Shown: positions 1-29,300, counted from the stretch's first letter. The stretch is 64,000 nucleotides of DNA from Camelus dromedarius (GCF_036321535.1 NC_087438.1:25420001-25484000), one strand, 5' to 3'. Translations and numbers: made by a program. The notes: generated by a model from the letters alone, not told the origin.

Positions 1-171
1 CATTGTTAAGTCCCAGCCATGCAGGTGGTTTGGGAGGATTAAATCAGAAAAAGCACTTAGCATGTGCCTGGAAATATAGGGTCTAATTTTATTTACTGAC
101 TTCTCACACTTTACAGCGGTGTTCCAAGGAGTCTTTCAGACCTAAAAATATTTTGAAAAAACAAAGAAAAA

Positions 172-370
172 AATCACCATCATCATGGCTAAGATATGTG
201 CCAGCTATTGTTCTAAGTAAAGCATCACATGCTGAACCTATTTAATCCTCAGAACAATCCTATGAAGTAAATACTATTATTATCCCTCCTTTACTGAGAG
301 ACTGAGAGGTTACATATCTCCACTGGTCACAAGCTAGTAAGTGAGGGAGCCAGGATTCAAACCAAGCAAA
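172..370 (-). mobile_element. MIR
   Basis: Reverse MIR core (atttaatcctcagaacaatcctatgaag...ggattcaaacc). Confidence 0.6.
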
Positions 371-3300
371 CGCTACAGCTTATTACAACCAATTCCTTCC
401 AATATCTACCAACAAATTTCCTTGTTTTCCTCTCAATTCCATTCCAAATCATTCTACTGGATAATTTTATGCATTGAATTTGTTCAGGGCTGTTTCAAGT
501 AATATATTTTTAAGTCTTACTTATTACTAAGTACATGAGGGCCCTAATGAGTGTGTCTTTGGCCAGAGCATTAATGAAAGTTGAATGAATACATGAATAC
601 ATGAGAAAATTTTAATTGTAGAAGTAATCAATATAGCCACTTTCAAAAGAAGTAAGTTGCCCTTAATATAACTTCACTACCTGACAGCCTCTTTCCATTA
701 TTTGTGATGGAGCAGTCAGAGTCATTTGAAATCAATGATTTTGTACCTGCTTTTCTTTACCTTATTAATAGATCTTTTATCCCATATTCCTGTTTAACAA
801 CAACGTCTCCAGTTCATTCTCTCTCTCTTTCTCTTTGACATTTTGTGTTACCAGATTTTACTCAACTGTGTGTTTTTTTCCAAACACTCTGGTGACTGCA
901 CTGTTAGCCAACCCCCATCCCTAAATTCCAAGTTAAAGAATAACACGACCAGTCCAATGCATGCAACATCAGTCTCAAACCTGCCAAATGTCATTTCCAC
1001 ATCTTTTCTTTGACAGCCCTCTCCATCCCTGAAATCTACTCAGGGTAAGTGAGGTTTGATGTAAGGGACTGCCCGTAATTTTCTTTGGAGAATTTTTGGG
1101 AATTCCTAAATACCCCTTGAAAAAAACCCATCAAAATATGAAACTGATGTTACAAAACTAAAGTAGAATTTGCAGAAATGGCTCCCTCCTGTAGAAGGCA
1201 AAAAGTTGTCAAGAGTTGTGCCACTTCTTGCGGAATATATCAGGAATCATTCAGTTCCATTGTCGCCCTTGGCCCTGGGGGCAAAAATGCAGCTTTTCCT
1301 GTTCCAAGGAGAGAATGTTCTCTTCCTTACACGTAAGGCAGAGATGAGGGAAGCCCATTAGTTCCAGAGTTTACAGTCTTTTTCACTCCGTGAATTGATA
1401 CTGCTTTCTTGTCTGGGTCAGGTAGTGGGAGCATAATCTCTCACTCCCTGGGTGCGACTATTCCTTTATAGATTAGATAAGAACAATTGATGAACTTTTA
1501 AATGCTGAGAAAACTAATAGAACTGAAAGGGGGGTGGGGGGTGTTGGCCACAGCCCAAGAAATATGCTGAGATAAAAGCACCTTCTGAACTTTTTCTCCA
1601 TTCCAGACGTCTGTGCTTTTAAGTCGCCATTTCTTTCTCTTTTCTCTCCTCTTCTCTCTTATTCCCTCAAGTCTCTTAACTCCACAATCTCCTCCTCTTC
1701 TCTTCAACCTCAGCTCCATCCCCAAAGACTTAATTCTGCACACTCTCAACTGGCCAAAACATGGACTTAAAATTTTTTTTTAATTTTATTCTTTTATATA
1801 GTATATAAGATTCTCCATTCAGGGTTTAATTCAGAAAATAGCTGAGGTGAACATGTTTTACTCCCAGTTATTATTATTATTACTACTATTATTATTTTAA
1901 GAAATACACCATTTAGAAAATCTTAATTGAAGTTTCAGGCAACAGACTTAGCTTCAGTTCATTTTGGAGTTTTCAGGTTGGACTATGGTCCCAGAATCAT
2001 TTGATGGCAGGGAATTGGAGGGGAGGGGGGACCTTGGGTGGCACAGTTTGTAGGACTCCTTTGGCCCCAGGAATGTCTGCTGCTTCCCAGTCCTATTTCA
2101 AGGCCTGGAGTCTCATTCCTGCTTCAACTGTTCTGGGAATCTGGGCCAGACAGATTTGGGTTTTAATGTCCATATGTTGCTTTCAGTTTCTAGGAGGCTT
2201 TCAATGCTTTTTTTGCTTGAGGGACAGGTCTTCCATGGGAAGAAAGCGCACCCCTGGGGTCTGCTATATTCTGCAGTCAACCTGTAACAACCTTTGATTA
2301 ACTCCAAACAAGTCTGGCCCGGTTGTGGAACTCAGTCCCAGTCACCATCCTGCCAGTTAGAAAACATGCTGTCTTGATCACCATCTCCTTTAGAAAGTTG
2401 CACAAGGTCCAGAACTTAAAGTTCTTTTCCGTAGCTAGTTAGACAACCCAAAGTCAAAGAGGCTGTTACGGAAATTGCAAACACCTCATCTGGTGGTTGG
2501 TTGTAAATCGTGATTCTTTGGGGGGAAAAAGGGCAGAGGGGGCTGGAGCTCTGGCCCTCAAAGAACTTCCTCTCATTAAACCAAAGCAATTTGCTGCTCT
2601 CTTTCTGCTTTGAGTGAAGTCACCTACTTTCCCCATTCACACCAGTGCCCCTGGTGGGGGCTGGTTGAGGGTCCACGGATTCTTGGTGCATCTTTCCACA
2701 TTGTAGAGGTTCTTAAGACCAGGCTTTACAGGTATGACCAAGATTTGGTCTGATCGGCCCCTTCCTTGCCCCCACTACCCAACCCACAATTTCTCTTTTA
2801 GCTGCTATTTTGTTGTCCTGGGTTTCTAAGTCTTGGCGAGAAGACAGTCATTCCTTTGTGCTCGGCTGTTACAATGAGGTAACCAAAGAAAGGGTCTTGG
2901 TCCGAGGCTGTCAGCTGTTACTAATCACTCCTCCCCAGCCCATCGTGGGTCCCGCTCGCCTCTCCCTCTTGCTCTGCTTAGCACACATAAAGAAGATGAA
3001 TTACTCCCTGGTTCCTCTTCAAAAAAGCACATTGTGCGGCACATTCCAATACCGTGAGCAAAGGATGGGCTGGTGTGCGGGGGAAAGTGGTATCTCAGTC
3101 AGCCCTCGGCAGGCCTTGCACCGGCAGCTGAGGCCTGTGAGACATGAACCTCAGAGCTGGCCCTTCAGAGAGCTTCCTGGGACCTTGCAGAGACAGAGGA
3201 TGTTCGAGTGCTGGGTTCCCCGACAGAGCGCGTCACTGGGACCGTTGCAGGGCTGTACTGGGCTGTGATGAGTCTGTTGGATGGTTAAGACTACTTGGTG

Positions 3301-5280
3301 TGGAGAAGAGCAAAGCTTGCCCGCTCAGAGGGCCTCCCCTCAGCTAGTGAGCCAGGAGAAGCAGTCTCCCCCTAACGGTGAAGGAGAAGGGCCCAGAAGC
3401 TTTCGGATAATCAGAGGTAGCAGCAGTTGAAGTTGGGCCTCAGTTTCCCCCCTGTGAAAGTTCATTTTCAAGAATGTCTAGAGCCAGGGGATGGAGTTGT
3501 CTGCTTAGTCCTACCAGACTGAGAAGAAAAGGTGATTTATGATATGACTTTTGCTGCTACTGATAACAGCGTCCCCTCCACTCATTTTTCTACTTAACAG
3601 TCTTTCAAGAGAGAGCGTTTAACGAGTGAACCCTGGAGCTCAAAAAGACTTTTGTTGACAAGTCATGAGGGTCAAATTAAAAAATCAATTTGCCTGACAA
3701 ATTATATGCCATCGCAAGTGCTAAATGTGTAAGGAAGCTTCCTTGTCTCTCTGTGATATAACCTCAGAAAACTAAGCTGTGCTTAGGAGCGAATGAAATG
3801 CCAAGTTTTGTGATACTGTGAACAGCCCTCATGCAAAGGAAACGCTGGCCAGGGTGAAAACCCACATAAAAATACTTGTGACTTAGTTGACTGAATTCCA
3901 CAAAATCCTTTGCAGATCTGTGTGGAGATGCTGTAACTCTCTTCACTAAGAATCACTGATTAAATGCTCAAAATTCCATGAAGTGAACCTCTTCTGCATT
4001 TTCTTCCTTCACTGCAGTGTCCAGAGAAGTTGGGGTGACTTGGCTAGTTACCAGAGATCAGCACACTCGTCTCCCCGGTCTCCACTCGTGAGACGGAATA
4101 AGTTCATGGGTGTGGAGGGTGGGCAGCCCAAGGTGATGCGAAGCAGGGTGAGACGCAGGGAAGATGAAGCTCATGGCTCCTTCTTAAACCCCCTACTGAT
4201 AACTGAATGGGGATACCTACCAGTATTTGCAAACTTTTTTTTTAAGCCAGAACCTACAAACAAAATACAGATGTGTTTTACACTATGCCCTGGCCACACA
4301 CAAACACACACCTACACAACTGAAAAAAGTTTCACAAAATGATATTTACCTTTACCACCTGGGATGCACTCTAACCTTTACGTTTTCTATTTATCCTCGT
4401 TCATTAATGGATAAAAGTACTAATCATGACCCACTAAATTGATCTCACGATTTGCATCATAAGCACTTAGACCCCACTCCCTTTTCCCATTCCCTTCTCT
4501 GCGTTTAGTTTTCCATTGATTTGCTCATCCTTCTGTTAACATGTGGACCAGTAGGACTATAGCAATTACTTACACAGGTTCATCCACAGGAGTGAGTCCT
4601 GTTCCCTAAAGAGGGAAAATAATAAAGGAGTTGGGGAGGGAGAGGAAGGGACGGAGGGAGGGGTGCTCCTGGGGTGAGTAGTGGAGGTATGCTGCCCCCC
4701 TGCCCAGCTCTGATGACCTCCCAGCACCCGAAATAAAGCTCCAGGAGATGCTGGGTCACTCTTTCCCTGCAAGGTCTGTCTCTCCTTCTTCAAGGTAGGA
4801 GGAACCTCACTCTTTTGGATTAACTGAGGGAAGAGCCACCAAAATTGATGAGTCAGAAACTTCAGAGTATTTTAAACAAAGGCAACTTTAGTGCTTGTTA
4901 TTCATACAGTAACCTAGTCCAAATATTTTTAAAAGTGTGTGGTTTCCTCCCAGTGTAACAACAACAGTGGTTGTTGAGATGGACTATTCAACAAATATGG
5001 ATTGGGTGCCTTCCTGTGCAGGCACTGTGCTAGGCAGGGAGGCTACATCAAAGAATCAAGTAGATGGTTCTGCTCTCTTGGCACTGAACTTCTAGTAGAG
5101 AGAGTCATAATGGTCATAATGATCTTAATCAGCATTTATCAAAGGCCTACTTTGTACAAATCCTTTATGTCAGTTTTCCCTAAGCTTACAATGTAGGTAT
5201 GGTTATCTTCTTGTCCAGGTGAAAGAGAGGTCAAATAACACTTACAGAGTAGATTGTTTATTATTTAATCTGATTAATTA

Positions 5281-5505
5281 ATAATAATAACAGCTAACAT
5301 TCGTTGAGTGCTTACTGTGTGCCAAACACTATGCTAAGTGCTTTCTGTACAGAAGTCCCTTTAAACCATGAAAACTCTGAGAGAGCTTTCGTTATTCCCA
5401 TTCTACAGATGAGGAAATTAAGGCTTACAGAGGTCATATGGTACTGGAGCTAGAAGTGGAATCCAGGTATTCTAACCCCAGAGCCTGAACCCTTTAATCA
5501 CTGTA
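5281..5505 (-). mobile_element. MIR (near full length)
   Basis: aataacagctaacattcgttgagtgcttactgtgtgcc...tacagatgaggaaattaaggc. Confidence 0.7.
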
Positions 5506-7104
5506 TTGCAATTTTTAAAATAGAATCTGCTTCTAAAAATGCCTCAGGTTGGCCTTAAATAGTTTGAAATATTATCTCTTAGATTAAATTCTGAGGTTAT
5601 AATCAGCTTATTCATTGTGATACAAAATTGTGATACAACTTCTAACTTGTAAAGATTTGCCTTCTGTCCCCAAACCCCTAGAATCATAGAACTTACACTT
5701 TTTTTTTTTACAAGCTAGTCTCTAAAGAATCAAGAAGAAAATATTTCAGTGAAAAAAAGCTTAAGGTAGTTTTAGACAGAGATTTACAGTGCTTGTCTGA
5801 TGCTCACTCCCGCCCCCTCACCACCTTTCCTCTGAGCTTTTTGGCCTCCTTGCTCACTGTCTGTGATGAGGGTTCCTGTGTCATCACCTTGTATTCAAAT
5901 AAATATGGTACATAAGAGCGCTCATCCTTGATTTCCTTGTAAGCTGCCCATCTTGGAATTCTCCAGGGGTTGAGAACAGGCAGCTTTCATTAGATGAGGG
6001 TTGGAGATGCCCACTGTGAAGGAGGAGTACACCTAAAATAAAATAAAAACTGAAACAGAACAGTTTTCTTGAATCAGCAATTGCCACCCCTCGGTTATCG
6101 TTCTTTCTGGGCCTGGTCCAGTGGTCCTGGAAGAACAGTGAAACACAGTAAAACAATTCCTAACAGAAGACTACATTTTTAGATTTCGTATTTCAAGACC
6201 AAAGACAAGAATTTCTGGGGAATATACTGAGACCCATTAATGTACAGATTTTTAGCAGATGGGAGAATAAAATCCATGTAAATAACAGAGCCTTGGGAAC
6301 TTGACATTATTTGTATGTTATCCTTTAATACTGGACTGAATACATATTTCATTTATCCAAGAAGTCGTACCAGATATTATATCAGAAGAAATCTAATTCA
6401 CAATAGACTTACAGAGTTCCACACACATTTGTGAAACACTCCCTTTCTACCCCAGCACCCCCAAAACCATGAATTTGGTGCATATCTGTGTACTAAAGTG
6501 ATTACCAAAAGACTGTCTTCATAAATAAAAGGTAAATGCATGTTGACCATTTGCATCAGGAAACTCTCTTCTCTTTCCTCTCTTTTCAAAGTGACTGCTG
6601 CCTAAAATACCCAGGTAATTGTAGCAAAGTCTAAATCTTTTACATTCTAGAAAATGTCTTGTTTATTCTCTTTTAGATGCTTAACTCACTGGTGAACATG
6701 TAATAGGTTTGTGGAAATGAATGATTGATTGCTTTCTTGGTGACTGATTATTGATGAGTTGATTCTTAGAAAGGAAAGACTTATGTGCCCACAGCCAGCA
6801 AGTATGCATGGCCCACCACACTCTATGAAAACATGCTCTGGACTGTTTTTCTTGGAACAGTGAGGAATTTGAACTGATTGATCAGCTCTCTAGCCAGTCC
6901 TTCTGGTGACCAGTCTTGCCCATGTTCCCTCAAGGTGGAGAATACTGAGGAATGTGTCATCATTTTTCCACAGTTACCTCCCACCACGGAGTTTTCTTCC
7001 AACCAGGTGGCTCATTTCAGCATTGAACTCGAATGCAAGAAAGTTAGAGAAACCTAGCATGGATAACAAGCAAATGAAATGTGGGTGACTCCTAGCTTGT
7101 CCAT

Positions 7105-7290
7105 AAGAATCGAGGTATAGTGGGAAGGGTGCTCCCTGGAGTGTGGGTTCAAATCCTGCCACTGCTGTTTACCAGCTGTGCAACAGTGAGCAAGTAACTT
7201 AACTTCTCTGGTCTCTTGTAGCTTTCCCTTTAAAATGGTATCAACAATATGCACAATATACAGGTGTCTTGAAATCAGATGAATATGTGC
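7105..7290 (+). mobile_element. MIR
   Basis: gggttcaaatcctgccactgc...gcaagtaacttaacttctctg. Confidence 0.6.
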
Positions 7291-10202
7291 CATTGATCAT
7301 GGAGAATTTGGTTAGGGAGTTAGTGGATCAGCACAAAAGTTAACTCACAATATACAAAACATATAAACTTGCAAACACATCATTGTAATTAGAAGAGCTA
7401 TCACAGTACTTGTAGAAATAGTACAATATAGTATTTCTTTGGGTTTCAAAAGGATCTCAATTCTGATGACAGATTGTTGACATAATAAAGATGTCAGGAT
7501 GTCTTGAATGAGGCTGGTGTAGCTAAGCCCAGATCAAATGAAGAAAAAGAGACCAGTCAAGATCATTATCTTTACTACTTGCTCTGGAATGTGTTTCTCA
7601 AATACGTATTTAGATGATCGCATAGTTGTCATAACACACTCCCAGAAGCATCTACATACCCAAGTGGCCTCCTCTTTCCCCCTGCCCCCCGTGCCCTTTT
7701 CTATCATATATTTTAGAATGACAAGGTTCAGTGCAAACTGTCCTCTTCTCAAACATTTAGGGCACTTCCTGCCAAAGGTCCCTTTTCTACAAAGTGATTT
7801 AGTGCTTTCCCCCTGCGCCCAGACACGCTGACATTTGTGTGTAGTCTCTGGTGTAGAGCTCTGTCTGGAATTTCAGGAGGCTGGGGAGAGGAGATGGTCA
7901 CAGAGTTTGGGTACGAGAGAGGAAGAATGACATCTTTGTGGGGTTTTGTCTTCCAGCTCTTCCTCCATTTTCCTGGTTCCGTCAGAATCACGGCCATTCT
8001 CTTTCAGGCCCAGTGCTGTGACAGGTTGTCCACATCTGTCCTGCTGTTGCCCTGAGGACAGTGTGTGGCCTTACTTCTGCTGGTCCCTTAAGTTTAACAA
8101 GCCTGTCTCAGAAAGGGGGAGTGGTTGGAGTTCGAAGGGGCTGGGGGGAGGCTGCTGGAGGAGCGGGAGCAGAAGCAAGCAGCCCATTTAGGGGCAGGAC
8201 CTACTTGGAGACTTGGTTAATGAAGACAGCCCCGCACACCCCCTTCCTTGGCTGAAATAACAGCAGCGGCTGCTTCGTTCCCTTTCAAAGGAAAAGGTCA
8301 ATATGCAGAGGCTGGTGACACCTTGCATTTGACTATGAATTCTGCTGGGCTCACTGCTAAAAAAATGCCTCTGTGTTTGTCTTCAGCTATTTCAGAATTA
8401 GAAAGTATGGTTTTCATTTAAAAAAAATTTTTTTAAACATCTATAAACTTTGCTATTGCTGTGGATTCTGGGATGACGTCCTCCACTCCTCCCCCAGTGG
8501 TGGGAGGGAGGGAGATTTAAGCCTCCTCTTTTGTCTACCACGTTGGTTTCCAGTGCTCTGCCTTGACCACTTAGCGCTCTCTCTGAATAGCTATAGGTCG
8601 GGAGTAGTGGGCAGGAGCCTCAGAGAAGAGTTGGCGTGAGAACGGAACAGCACCACAGGATAGAAGGCGAGAGGGAGAGAAAGCATCTCGGAGGAAGAAA
8701 ATACCGGTACCCCTAGCAGAGATATCCGGCCTTTTGTGCCCCCACCACTCGCCCGCCGGAGAGTTGCAGGCTTCAGTGGTGACGAGCTCAGGCAATGATG
8801 GGAAAGAGAGTGGGCCCTTCTGGGAGATGTGATCTCAAGCACAGGAAAGCCAAGATGTTTTGAGATGTGACTGAGACCTGAGAATGAACCTGGGGGGATG
8901 GGAGCACTTGGATTGAGGACACATTAGCCCATTTTTAATGATGGTGCCGTGTTAAATGGGCACCACCCCAAAAAGTGGGTATTCTCCCTGGGTTTCAAGA
9001 AACCGAGGGCACGAATGAAATAAGCTTAATTTACGCACGGAAACCAAAATTGGCCGCCTCTTTGTGGGAGCTGCAGTTGGTTTTCTCAGGGCAGAAAGCA
9101 CACTCAATTCAGTTACACAAGATCTGGGTTCAAGTTCCCACTCCATTTTACTTGGTGTTAACTAAGACCTTAGAGAGTTACTTAATTGCATTTCAGTCAC
9201 CTTATAGGTTGTTAAAAATAAGAACATGTCAGGTACTAAGTGCATATTATGAAAATTTTGAATGATGTGATTCATATACATGTGAAATTATAAATTGAAG
9301 ATCATGGCTTCAATTTTCATACAAGTTCATTATCATTGTATCATGAATGGGGCAAACCCAGCCAGTTGTCTGGCAGTCATGGACACTATTTTTTTCAGTG
9401 CTTTACCTTACTCTAAGTATAATATTAGTATGAACAGGGTCATTATCTAAATATTGAACAACTATTAAAACCTGATCCCAGTCATTGAACTACAGTATTT
9501 ACTTTTAATACATTTATAGAATCATGATTTAAATAGTAAAGAAAATAGTTTGAATGCCCGTAATTGGATTATGCTATAATTGAATTTTAGTGTTTCAGTG
9601 GGTTTGGGGAAGAGAAAGAAGTGAACAAACAGCTAATGAAAGAGAATGGCCCATATTATTCTAGACGGCCGAATCTTCTAGGAATTTTGTGTCATTTTCA
9701 ATTTTTTTCCCATTTCAAGGGTCACGGAGATTTATTCCATTTGCCAGAGCAGTTAGGGAACCCTTCAAAGTCATGCCTTCTTACTTACCAAGGATAATAC
9801 TTGCCTGCGGTAGACTTTGAAGATGTCCTAAACATGAGGGGAGGAATGTTCCACAGGCGATAAGGCGCTGCAGGCCTGTGGGACAAGGGGGAGGCAGGCA
9901 GAGTGCAAAAATGAGAAGAACTCCACCAAAATCTTTCCTTTTAAAAATTTTTGGTTAGATGAGATCAAATGAAACAACAGAGAAGCTATCTGAGAACTTT
10001 GCAAATTGAAGATACATGAGTAGGTGATTAGACTATAACTTCAATTTTACATAAAAACATCCCCCAAAAGATTCCCAAATGCATACATAAGATAATAATT
10101 CTTGAAAGAATTTAATGGCAGTTAATCTATGTGAGTCACTACAGTGCTTGAACTTGACTCTGCTTAGATTATCCTGCCAGAAATCTTTTTAAGGTATCTC
10201 TT

Positions 10203-10220
10203 CACACACACACACGCGCG

Positions 10221-10258
<38 letters not shown>
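10203..10258. repeat. Compound microsatellite (CA)6(CG)7(CA)15
   Basis: Read directly from the sequence. Confidence 0.95.
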
Positions 10259-10262
<4 letters not shown>

Positions 10263-10604
10263 CGCTAATTCATACTCACAGCTTCCTCAGCTAGTAGCAA
10301 CCTAGGAAAGAATCTCTTTCAAACCGTTAGAGAGCCACAGGAAATCAACTCTCGGGGCAGAAAGCATTTGGGTGATGACATGTTGGCTGACACAGCTGAT
10401 GCCCAGCCATTCTAAAGCTTTCCCTCTCACCTTTTGTGATCCCTTGATTAAATTTTGTGTCAAGTTGTCATAACGTGTATAAAACCCCGTTTCCGGGTGG
10501 GAGAGGGTAGGGGAATGTAGAAGGCAATGCTCTTCCTGGCACCCTCCACTGAAGACTTCCCTGAACTGATTTCCTGAAAATCTCCTTCTGTTTGCCTTCA
10601 CCAG

Positions 10605-26463
<15,859 letters not shown>

Positions 26464-28603
26464 ACTAACATAAAGAAATGCTTCCTTGCACACCAGGTGT
26501 TTGAAAAACCATTATCAAATGTTTCCATCTCATGACATCTCATTCTCTCCAGTAAGCCCTTTACCTCCCTTTTCCTCCCACTCTGATAGAATTGGGAAGT
26601 ATTTGTCCAAAATCAAGGGAGGATTTTGCAGTGGCCAAAATGTATCGTTTTCATCCCACGTCTGAAATGTTTAACTCATTTCATGTTAGTTTTATCTGAT
26701 AAGGTACTGAGATCAAAAATAGTCCTGATCAAATCTTACATGCTTTTATAGCACACAATCCAGTAAATGTGATAGTTAAAAATTACTGAGTCAAAACAAA
26801 TGGGAGGCTAAAAACAAAGGTGGTTTTAAATCAACTTTCAGAATTGAAAAATCCTTGAGAATACAATTCAGTTTTAGTATCAAAACAAAACAACTTGATA
26901 GATAACGGGTTATCAGTTGGACATTAGAAGGGTTTTTTTTTCCCCCTTTCTCATGTTTTGTGTCCTTATTTTATTAGTAGCCTGACAATATGAATACACA
27001 CCTAGCACAGCTGTGAGGAGGCACATAAAGTGAAATTTCTACGTGGCCATGGGAAAGTTACGCCTGTCTCTTGGCCTCAGTGTTCTCATCTGTAAAATGA
27101 GCACGTTCCTTAGACAACTTTATGGTCTCTTCTAGCCCAAACATCCTGTGGCGCCCTAAAAGAACCTGCCCGGTTTCCCCTCAGAACATTCTGTAGCAAG
27201 TATCATTCCATGGAGCGCAGGGCTTTCAGAGTAGACATTTATTGGGAATGAATATTTCTAAGTAGGGGCAGGATGGCTGTGTGGTTGGCCAGGTCCTGTG
27301 TCCAAGATGTCAGTTATGCAAGTCACCAGGCTGGAGGCCATTCCAGGAGAGGAATTGTTCCTGAAATCTGCGAAGTTCTTCCCAACAGGGGAAGTATTTC
27401 CTTTCCTACTCTTCCCAAACTGAAGGGACTACTCGGGGAAGGATGTCTCCCACCACTCCTCAACTGACGATAGTCTCTTAGAAAATAAAACGTAAGACTA
27501 GCAACTAGCAAGGGTGCGCGTGGTCTTACTATGGAACATTAAAGAGCCAGCCAGGAAAGAATGGAGCACGGTTGATGTTACAAAGAGAGGATTTTAAAAC
27601 AAGACAATAAGTCATCTTCAAGGAAGAGTATTTTAAAAGGAGAGGGGTTTTTTTTTTTTTTCCTCTTTTAACCTGAAACACTTTTCCTCTTTAGTTCAAA
27701 ATCATTCCCCAAACTAAGGAAGTCTGCACACAAAATATAAGGCCACTTGTTATATATTTTAGAGAAGTCAAATGAATGAGCTCTCTCTCTACTAGAGGTC
27801 AATGAGCTGGGTGGGTGGTCTCGTATTTGAAAAGGTTTTTGACTATAATCAAAAGTTCTCTGAATGAGAGAAACAAGATATTTCTTTGTGTTGGAACTCC
27901 ACTCACCAAATCATTCAAAACCTTCTGCTGGAGTGGGGTCTGCTTTGGTTTGGTTTGTGTCCCTGAGAGAAATGGTAGAAGATGAATCAGTATGAAGCCA
28001 TGCCAATGTCGTTCCAAGGAAAAACAGAAAAGGAACAGAACAGCAGGGGCATTAGTTTCAGGCAAGGCAGCTACCAGGTTTAGAGGAGTTACATTTTTTT
28101 TTTACCCCCTAAGGAATATCCAGTCAAAGATGTGGAATATAAGACAATACCAGCTGTGTTTGAGTTTCTGACCGAACATGGTGAAGAATGGACCTAATTA
28201 TGCTAACAGACTGAAAATCTAGACATACATGCTCCAATATACAATTAGAGATATTTTTATATAGATCTTGAGCATTATGTGTGTACAAAAGTTAACATTA
28301 GGCCGTGATGGAGTAACCATTTAATGTCAAGGCTCTACTTGGGAAATACACTACAAAAGTTAATGTATATGGCTGTCATCTTATGACACCAGTAGAGCAA
28401 AAATTAATCATGTCAAATTAATTCTGTTACACAGTGTGATCTTTTTTTTTTTATACTAACTGTTTCTTATGGAGAGCAGGTCCTCTGGGCAGATCCTCTC
28501 GCCAGCTCATCACAGGCTCTGCATCTTACATGCACCCAGGGTGGACTGAGAAGCATTACTTTGTAGATGTATTTTCAATAAAGAAAAAAAATTAGTTTTA
28601 CAT
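26464..28603 (+). other. SLC1A3: SLC1A3 3' UTR (~2.1 kb; end approximate)
   Basis: Runs from the stop codon to ~20 nt past AATAAA at 28577; AT-rich; the exact cleavage site is inferred. Confidence 0.75.
28577..28582 (+). terminator. Main polyadenylation signal AATAAA of SLC1A3
   Basis: Canonical hexamer followed ~30-50 nt later by a GU/U-rich tract (ttgcatgttgttcttcttct). Confidence 0.75.
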
Positions 28604-29198
28604 TATACCGTTGCATGTTGTTCTTCTTCTCCCTGAAGGGAAATACATTTTTCATTTGTGGAAGTATCGCAATGAGTTCAGGGCAATGCTAGGTAAAATC
28701 CTGGAACGACCAGCTGGGGAAGCCAGCCACAAGAAAATAAGTAAGGACACACTCTGTCTGCCCAACTCCTAGAACTGGAGCTGGAAACAAAAGGAGGTAA
28801 GGGAAGTGCTTTGCTGTAACAGTCTGCACTGACTTGTTCACCTCCAATTCAAATTTCTCAGACAAATTGAATCATTTCCATGTTGGGATTAATTAGAAAA
28901 GTGTAATGTCACCATTGGTTCTTCCAACAAACTAATTTCCTGTCTGACCTTCAAATTAGGTAGATTTATCTTTGCCATTACTACTGCCATTTGTGAAAAG
29001 AGCTGAATAAGACCTCAAGGGAGATTTCAGGAATAATCAATGTGCTACTGAATCATTCTATTCATAAAGCACGACTCATGGATCACTGTTTTTTCCCATC
29101 ACGCTTTTTAAATAAAGAATCAGGAGGCAATATCATGAGATGCCCAGGTTGAAGTTGTGTATGGAAGCCTTTTGGGGTGGGTTGGGGGGGTAATTAGC

Positions 29199-29275
29199 TT
29201 TATTTAGTTTTAGAGGCAGTACTGGGGATTGAACCCAGAACCATGGCGCTCTACCACTTGAGCTATATCCTCCCC
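29199..29275 (-). mobile_element. tRNA-Ala-derived camelid-type SINE (Vic-1-like), internally deleted
   Basis: Reverse complement reads ggggaggatatagctcaagtggtagagcg...ctgggttcaatccccagtac plus an A-rich tail; the anticodon arm is missing. Confidence 0.8.
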
Positions 29276-29300
29276 GCTGGAGAACTTTTAATCTGACCGT

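Noticed and set aside
2641-2662. CTCF-like CCACCAGGGGCAC (also near 28040)
   Set aside because: One G short in the core, which breaks the register of the consensus.
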